Shown here piece after piece: positions 47,985 to 55,867 of a stretch of 55,867 nucleotides of DNA. The notes under the pieces are model-generated. The model searched no databases and was not told the DNA's origin. It was given only the letters and a program-made list of their open reading frames with translations. The DNA is from Nemertoderma westbladi (Eukaryota > Animalia > Xenacoelomorpha), in contig JAUCBJ010000800.1 of the NCBI GenBank assembly GCA_032718475.1, positions 1-55,867 of the forward strand. The letters are read 5' to 3'. The stretch's first letter is position 1; every line of letters begins with the position of its first letter. A program made the translations under genes and the position numbers.

Positions 47985-48821
47985 ATTTAGTAGGTTTTTC
48001 AAGACGCTGAATCGAATGTGATTATATTCCACTTCCAAAAATTGAAGTGGATGCTATTTTTCGTGCACCTAAGAAGTGGGCGTGGCACTTCAAATTTTGA
48101 AAAATACGAGATTCGGAAAATAAACCAAAATTGAAATTTTAACGAATTTATATAGGTTTTCCAGACCGCTGAATCGATTGAAAGTAATATAGAAGCCTGA
48201 AGACTTAGAAGTTAGCCATTTTTTGAAATCAAAACTTTAGTGTTTTTTCCGAATAAAGTAATTTTGAAAATTTGAAGTGCCACGCCCTAATTTTGGTGCA
48301 CCAAAAATGGCGAACCACTAAGTCTTCAGGCTTCTATATTACTTTCAATCGATTCAGCGCTCCAGAAAACCAATAAAAATGCTTCGAAATCAGAACTTTA
48401 GTAAATTTTCCGAATAAAGTAATTTTGAAATTTTAAAGTGCCACGCCCTAAATTTGGTGCTCCAAAAATGACGTACCACTACACTTACATACTTGTATAG
48501 AGCATTAGAGTGATCCAAACCAATAAAAATAAATAAAAATAGCCCAAACATAAATAATTACTAAATCACGAATGACTTTGTAAAATTCGAAAATTTCAAA
48601 AAATTTGGTGCTGGAGACCAGACCAAATTTTGAGGTGGCTCCCACATCGAAAAGTAGAAATCCAATTGCAACGGCGTTTTTTGCAAAAGATGCGGCATTA
48701 AATTTGGCTAATTCTCACAAAAAATTGGGCCGGTACGTAATGTGGTTGCATAGTTACAGCAACTAAAAACTAGGAAGGGGCCGATTCGCCCCCCCCCCCC
48801 CCCCAGTGGTAATAGGGTTAA
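47985..48821. mobile_element. Non-autonomous DNA element with inverted ~160-bp modules and a piggyBac-like end
   Basis: gggcgtggcacttcaaatttt (~48078) vs aaatttgaagtgccacgccc (~48268, ~48428); gctgaatcgattgaaagtaatatagaagcctgaagacttag (~48168) is inverted at ~48319-48358; ends ggg|ttaa. Confidence 0.6.
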
Positions 48822-51800
48822 ACTTTCTGGAACAACCAAATAATGACGTGGTGACATACTGGAAATACTGTTCATAGTAAATAAATGTATGGCGTGGAGA
48901 TATGGTAGTGCGAAATTATTTTTTTTTACAGGAAACGAGTTTTATAAATATAAGCCCTAATAGATAAAAAAAAAAGGATAAATTAGTTGTAGATAAACTA
49001 GTTGTTGATAAAAAAAAAACGTGTCAGAAATAACTTCTTGACACTAATTTAATTTAACCGAAATTCAGATGTTCTGCCCTCGTGTATTGAATTTTGCATT
49101 CGATGGCCTTTTAGGTGCAATTCCTGCAAAACCTAAAAGCATAATTAGGCAGCATAATTGACTTTGGTAAATTAAAATTAGTGACAAAAAGTACTTATTT
49201 CCGAGACTGTTCTCTATCGGAGAACATTTCTTTCTCAGCAAGTCCAAATCTAGGTAAGAAATATTATATCTTTGCACTAAGCCCCACACTTTTGGTGTGT
49301 TATATTTCTCAGCAAGACCAGTAAAGATAAGTACCCTGCGAAACCTACCCTACAGAAAATAAATAACACATTCCCACGATCCGATCAAAATTGCTAAATG
49401 CCTACAGGAGCCAGTCAGACTTAAGGGGGCTCACTATAACCCCCACAGAAATGAAATTTTCGAAAATTTGCACAATTTTTTGTAGTTTGATAGAAGGGCT
49501 TTTCATAAGGTGAAATCGGTTTTCAACATTGAATTATTTTTTGAACTCAAAACTGCTCTTTTCAACAACATAATATATTGCTGATATTTATGACTCTCTG
49601 TATAAAACAACCAAATAATTTTATCAGTTTGTCGATTTTGACTTTTTTCATCACTAAATTCCCTACTACTATTTTATTTTTTACTCAATTGCCATCAAAC
49701 ATATACCAAAATGTTCAGCAGCTTTAGGAGTACTATCGTTGGTTTTGTAAAACATGACCATTTGGATCTTCTGGAGCCGATTTTGTAACAATTTTTTTGC
49801 ACCTAATTTTGAAAAAACCGACCAGCTCAAAAAGTGACATATTTTTCGAACAAACGGTTTATGAATCGATCTATACTCAGTTTCCATAGTATATAAAAGG
49901 TCACAGATCATTATGTTAAAGTTTCAGAATAGTGCTTTATAAATAAAACAAGTAGATTTTGGGTAATGCAGTTATGGTCCCATAAATATATTAAAAAATT
50001 AAAGCTTGAGAAATTCTACCAAAACCATTACACTTTTTATAGCAAAGGTTTTATAGGCATGATATGCCGTTACAATGTTACAATTCTTGATGAAAACTAT
50101 TTTTGCAAAGTAGGCAGGCCTATTTATTATTAAAGAGTACTTATAGTAGTTATTTGCATGCAGTCAGTCATCCACCGAAAATACTTTATATTTCCTTTGC
50201 AACATTTTCACAATTTCAGGTTTTTTTAGCAGCTTTTTCTTTTGAAAGGGTTTGCGGAAAAATATCAATTTTCGGGCCATTTTTGGAAATTACTAATCCG
50301 GCACTGACGGATAAGCTCCTAAAACGGCTTTGAATCTCAAAGAAGTTCCAGGTAGTGCTCTACGTTCGCTTAGTGTTTTGGTTTTCCGGCTAACATAAAA
50401 TATTTCCACTTGAACACGGTCGTTCTTATATAGTACAAAAACACAGTGATTTTCTGTTCTTCCCAAATAATACTGTATATTGCTTCCTTCTAAATAAATG
50501 AAATAGCTTACTGTAACACTGTAGAAAAACCTCTGGGATGAGGAAAAAGATAGAAACCGGGTGAGGGGTGCTTTGGGTCCGTTAGGATCCAAAGTATAGT
50601 CGTAATAAACTTGGTGCAGCTTCACGCTATTGGAACTTGGCGATAGTGCAGAACACCAGGTTACCGTCTGAGTCCAAACAGGGGTGGTACCGATTGGACT
50701 TAAAAGGTTAGCTTCAATTTGTTCTCAGACCAGCTGTTCGCGCTTTCAGACCTTTGGCAGTTTAACCCGCCAAATTAGAATGTCTTCTAGATAATAAATC
50801 GCTTTTTAGTCTATGACAAGTATTTGATTCACTACACTAGTCGAAACCAATCCGTGCGCGACCATTCACCCGCTGGATATTCCCGGGAGATTGGGTTCGA
50901 CGGTTTAATTTTTATTGCTATGTAAGCCTAATGTATTATTCGACTGACAGTATTATATAATCTCTGACAATATTATTCACCTTCGGTAATATTAACAGTT
51001 CCTTTAGGACGTGGCGCTTTATCTATATAAACAGAGTTATGACTTAAACTACTCACAACGATATGGCTTAATTATAATCCACATATATGACGCATTCTTT
51101 AGGAATTGCTTCTTTAACAGACTCACTCATACACTATGCTGCACAATACTGCACACTAATCTGCCAATCTTCACTGATTTTAGTCACATATAAAAGGAAC
51201 ACAGGCTGACTCATGTAGGGTCTATCAAATAACATTAGATTCACTTCAAACCACTTTAACATAAGTCACAATCGTTATTGGTAACCTTTCTCTCTTACCT
51301 TCGGTATATCAAGAATATTGGGTTGCGGGGTTATTTATCGTTATTCCAAATGTAATAATTCATCAACCATATTATGAAGAACTGACAGTAAATAGCAGTA
51401 TCAAACAACAACTGAACAGTTAGGTAGATCGGTACATCAGTACCGGTATGTCAGCAGTGAGATATTTACAGTGAGATATTCAAGTTAAAGGATATATGCC
51501 CTTTATAATTAAACCTACTAGTGTAAGACTAAAAAGCAGTACAGCACAAAATACTTCCAAGCCGTTCTTTCTTTGGCTCAAGACTGAATGTAAACACTGC
51601 ACATAGGCATTGCGTCATTTCTCGGAAATTTTCTGTACAAGGAGCCACAAAAACGCTCTAATTGGCTGACTGAACTGAGAGACGCCGTAGAACAAAGGAA
51701 ATCAACACGTATGAATGTCAGCTGTTAACCGTAGTCATAGTAACTACTGTTCAAGAGTAGCTATCACCCCTTTGCGTCACGAATTGCCATAGAATCATAA

Positions 51801-53929
51801 AATATGCCTTTCACAGTACACATACGGAGGAAATAGGTCTTAGATCCTCTAAAAACACCGATACAGCAATAATACGGTCTCTTACACTTATTAAATCAAC
51901 TACAGAGTATTTTAATGTAAAAGATAATAAAATAACGGGGCAATTCAGCAAAGGCTTTTACACCGCTCCCAGAAAATGGGATTTTCAGTCTATAAAATAT
52001 AAAAATCACAGTTTCTAAAACATAAAGATACTCTAAACAGTTAGTCTTTCTTACGCAGACGGCGTTTACGCAGTTTTTTGAGGCTAGCAAGAGTCTTTTT
52101 CTCTTTGGGGGGAGCCACTTTACTAGGAGGGCCATAACTCCTGGGTGAAGGGTGCAATATGATTGCATCAGAAGGTGTAGGATTGTGGTCGAGGTATCGG
52201 CCGTTTCGATATGCTTCTCCTCGAGCTGATTTTCCTCCGCTCGTAGCTGGATACGTTCATCCAAAAACTCTCGCAGAGAATAGGATCGTCCAAGTTCTAT
52301 AACTTCTTAGAGATTCTGGATTTCCCAATCGAATTGAGATAAGGCCAATTCGTTTATCGATTGGACTCACTGTTATAACTTACGTTTATCTGAACAAACG
52401 CAGGTTTCCCTTTTGATCTTTATAAAATAGCGTTTAACTCGTTTCGTACAACGCTCTCCTTCCCCTTGATGAGGGGTTGTATCGCGTTAAACGTGGACGA
52501 CCATACGGTTGGATAGTGATATTAGGTGTCCGCGTCACAATCCGGCTAGGTAAGATGGGTGGCTAGCTAGAAATCACTGTCGGAGTGTTACCGATTAATT
52601 GTTAGGGTAGCACTAGATCTTTGAACAGTGAATACAGTCCGCGAGGATCCGCGACACCACCAAGATCGCAGGTCCGAGGTCCAACTAAGGAATGAGGAGG
52701 TTTGACCGAGTATTCCGGGACTCTGATCGTAGGTTTACTCCAGGATCGTTCGAGCCGAGTGAGCTTAGGTGATACGTCAACAAATTTCGGTTTACGCGGA
52801 TGTTTATGTCTTTCCGTTTATTAGTTGGGTCTAGGGCATTTATCGTAATAATACCAAAGACGCACGTCTGGTAGGGTAAACGCGGGTGATATTTATTTGT
52901 TGTTACAATGCTTCTATCAAGAATTCCAAATATACGTTGGAGTTACCGCGTCCATTTGTTTCTTAAGTGTCTTTTCTTTCGAGTCGATTTCGAATAGAAT
53001 TTTCGCATTCGAATTTCCGTTTATGGTTCCGACTCCGCTGGGCAGGATATATAGTCGACATAGTCCGTATTGTGTAAATCGATAGGATGACAAGACCATC
53101 TTCTATCAACTCCGTCATATCTGCTATATATGAGTTTATCCATATTATAATGAGTTTATATTTAGGCGAGCGGGCGTCGCTGCCTACCCCAATCAACCCC
53201 GGACAGTACGAGATCCTCAGCGCCGATGTGTCGTCGCCGCTGTACTTTCGCCAACGACGTAGCCGCACAACGACAACGACAACCGGCACAAGTCACTCAA
53301 CTGTCCGTCCCAAAGGCTTAGATGTACTTCAGGTTTCCTTGGAGAGTTAGGTTACTTTTACGATTGCGACTAGCTACTGTAAACACACCTTAGCAGTAAC
53401 ATTCACCTATAAACTCACAAATACCACACACAACTTGTCACAAATTACACACACTCGGGTCACTTGTCCGTTAGTCAATGCCTTCCAGAATGTCACTGTA
53501 TTATTATGTATCCTTGGATACTATCAGTGCACTATTTATTCCCTATGCTATTCAATGGGACAAGCTTTCTATTGTTCTTTTAACTCAATTCTAATTCTAG
53601 CGTGGTTGTTGCTATGGTGACATTATGCAAAGCTAGCGGTAGAATTAGAGTAATTCCAATGCATACAGATCTGGGATGTTATTTAATAGGAATTCTTTAA
53701 TAGTCAATGTCCTGTTTATACATGACTTTAAGAATTTTATCGGCTATTAACTATGTTTGGGAGACTTTCGTACACGCATACGCATAATAATATAAATCTC
53801 CGCTCCCTTGATCTATTAATTAATGGAATTTTGGGAACTTTATAAATTGCGTAAAATGGCAATTTATTAAATTCATTAAAAAGGTATGAATTTAAATTTA
53901 TTCCCTGAAATTTTATTATTTGATAATTA

Positions 53930-54250
53930 AATGGACATATTTTGATTCTAGAACATGTCTAGGGACACAAGATCCTTAATTCTAAGAAATTGTCTCTTTA
54001 AGAATATCGGTAAATGCTACGATATCTTAATTGACTAGAATTGTTGAAGGATCTGGCTTTTACAGATTTTGACTTATTTGATTTGTAAATATTAACTAAT
54101 TAATATTTGAGATGGGCACCGATTTATTCCAGAACTTGTCTGGGGACGTTAACCACTGATTCTAGAATTTGTCTTTCAAGTATATCGGTGGGTGCCGCGA
54201 TATCTTAATCGACTAGAATTACAGATGGTCAAAGGGTTTAACAGATTTAT
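53930..54250. repeat. Diverged ~180-bp direct repeat, two copies
   Basis: atgg..ca...attc.agaac.tgtct.gggac...tatcggt...cgatatcttaat.gactagaatt occurs at ~53931 and ~54113. Confidence 0.75.
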
Positions 54251-54769
54251 TTTGCGTTATACGCTACTGTTAAAGGGACATCACGCTACTATATGTATTA
54301 TTTAATATACGGTATGAGAGCAATATCGCACGAAGCAATGTCAGTGTGAAGAGGCAAGTCGTTTCCAAGGTCTACCCAGAGCTTGGTTTAGCCGAGACAC
54401 GAGGATCTGAACTTTGCATTCCTAATACTCTGCCTACCAATAATACTAAATATAGTAGTGGCTTTATTGTACTTTAATAAGTACAGACATTTCATCTTAC
54501 TGTAGTTACGTATTTGTAATGTAATACGGACAGTAAGGAAGAAGGAAAAGAATTATTTCTTGCCGTCGCATTAAATATAATATATACGTAATTAAGTAAT
54601 AAACGCGAATATATATTGCACTAATCTACTAAATAATCGCTAAAATAACATTCTACTGAATAAAATTAAAGAAAACGATTATAATAGAATTACATAGTAA
54701 TACATACATAAATATAAAAATAATAAAATAATATAAAATAATAGAGTCACACACCCACTCCATATGTTG

Positions 54770-55834
54770 TTACGTTATGGAGTCCCTAGATGTTTGAAGG
54801 ATTAGGGAGGTGGTCGTGGGAAGAGAATCTTGCCTTCCACAGTTTCCGGAGAGTCCTCCATTCCCTTCCGATAAACACAAACGACCGACTGGGTGATTGA
54901 GTCGCTGCATCCTGAATACAATTCCAGGTTTCCTCTTCGTCCTGGAATAGTGACGATAGAAACATCGCTCAAAGTATATGACGGCGTCACAAAGCCGATT
55001 CCAGGAGCTATAGTGGTCCGTCGCTCTCTGCAGGAGAGGTGAGAGTCCCTGCGAGACGTCTGATGTTCCAGAGCTCCAATCGCTCTCTCTGATCTTCATG
55101 AAGGATCCACTCGCGGTGGGGAGGTCCAGATCCACGGCGTCATCCCTGGCAATATGCAATACCGACAGATCTATCCCGGGTTCAAATAACTCCGCTCCAC
55201 CCGTCCGGGTTTTAGGTTTAACTTTCTCCGCTCCCTTGGCTGGTCTAATCTCAGTCGGAGTAAGATGGGGAGGCCATTCATTCTCCTTACTCAGGAAGTC
55301 GGGTTCACCTAACCGGTCTATAGTATCTGTCAGTTCTTGAGGAGTTGCTCCTCTGGAAGCGATGTCCGTTGGATTAAACTTCTTGGGGCAATATCTCCAT
55401 TGATCTACATTGGAGCTAAGATTGTCATTATCTGAGGAGTGTGGTGTTCCCTCAGTTGGGTCGTCTCCCTCACTAGTATCGTCTTCCCATTCACTCACCT
55501 GGCAGACGCGATCTTGAAGCAGTCTTTCCCTGAGCGTTCTACGGGAAGGTCCAGTAAGGTACCAACCTACTCTAGTTCTTACCGCATAGGTCTGTAGGGG
55601 CTGCGGTTGAGCAGGCCGTTTCTCTAATGTCTCCAGCGCCTCATGCGCGTTTTGGCCGATGAGTATTTGCACTCCAGGGTAATCAGTCTGGAATCGAGGT
55701 ATGTTAAGATGTTGGATGCTCTCATCCTCGTCCCAATTATAAAGGTCTGCTTGAGTAGTAGCGAAGTTCTTTATAGCCACCATTTTCACTGACCTTATGC
55801 TATGTTCTCCTAGTTCGTCTTGTGGGGTGGACAA
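54770..55834 (-). mobile_element. BEL/Pao LTR-retrotransposon polyprotein remnant with internal deletion
   Basis: ILIGQN..L and YAVRTRVGWYLTGP (end of protease region) are followed almost directly by QWRYCPKKFNPTDIASRG..L..PDFL..WP and YSSWNRL (RNase H C-terminus onward); the RT core is absent. Confidence 0.85.
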
Positions 55835-55867
55835 CGCGCCTACATAATAATCAGCTGTTATTGTAGA

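Overview
AT-rich, repeat-dense window from an animal (probably invertebrate) nuclear genome; nothing in it looks prokaryotic. Host genes: (1) the ~1.9 kb terminal coding exon of a GBF1-type Arf-GEF (564-2468, +); (2) two intronless CRAL-TRIO (Sec14-like, MOSPD2 N-terminus-like) paralogues on the minus strand (11390-12154 and 30773-31564), which share a 219-bp identical internal tract while their ends have diverged, and each has a different minisatellite just upstream; (3) a disrupted TRIP4/ASC-1 copy (36645-37815, -). The rest is mostly transposon debris: fragments of several LINE families (RTE, CR1-like, others), tRNA-derived SINEs, TAA-flanked PIF/Harbinger-type MITEs, a pogo/Tigger-type transposase pseudogene, a Penelope-like fragment, piggyBac-like ends, foldback structures and an internally deleted BEL/Pao polyprotein. 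A local duplication preserves both the empty and the filled site of one RTE insertion. I found no well-supported novel biological system. The best leads are the CRAL-TRIO pair and the nested, internally deleted retroelements. All comparisons were made by eye and most repeat boundaries are approximate.
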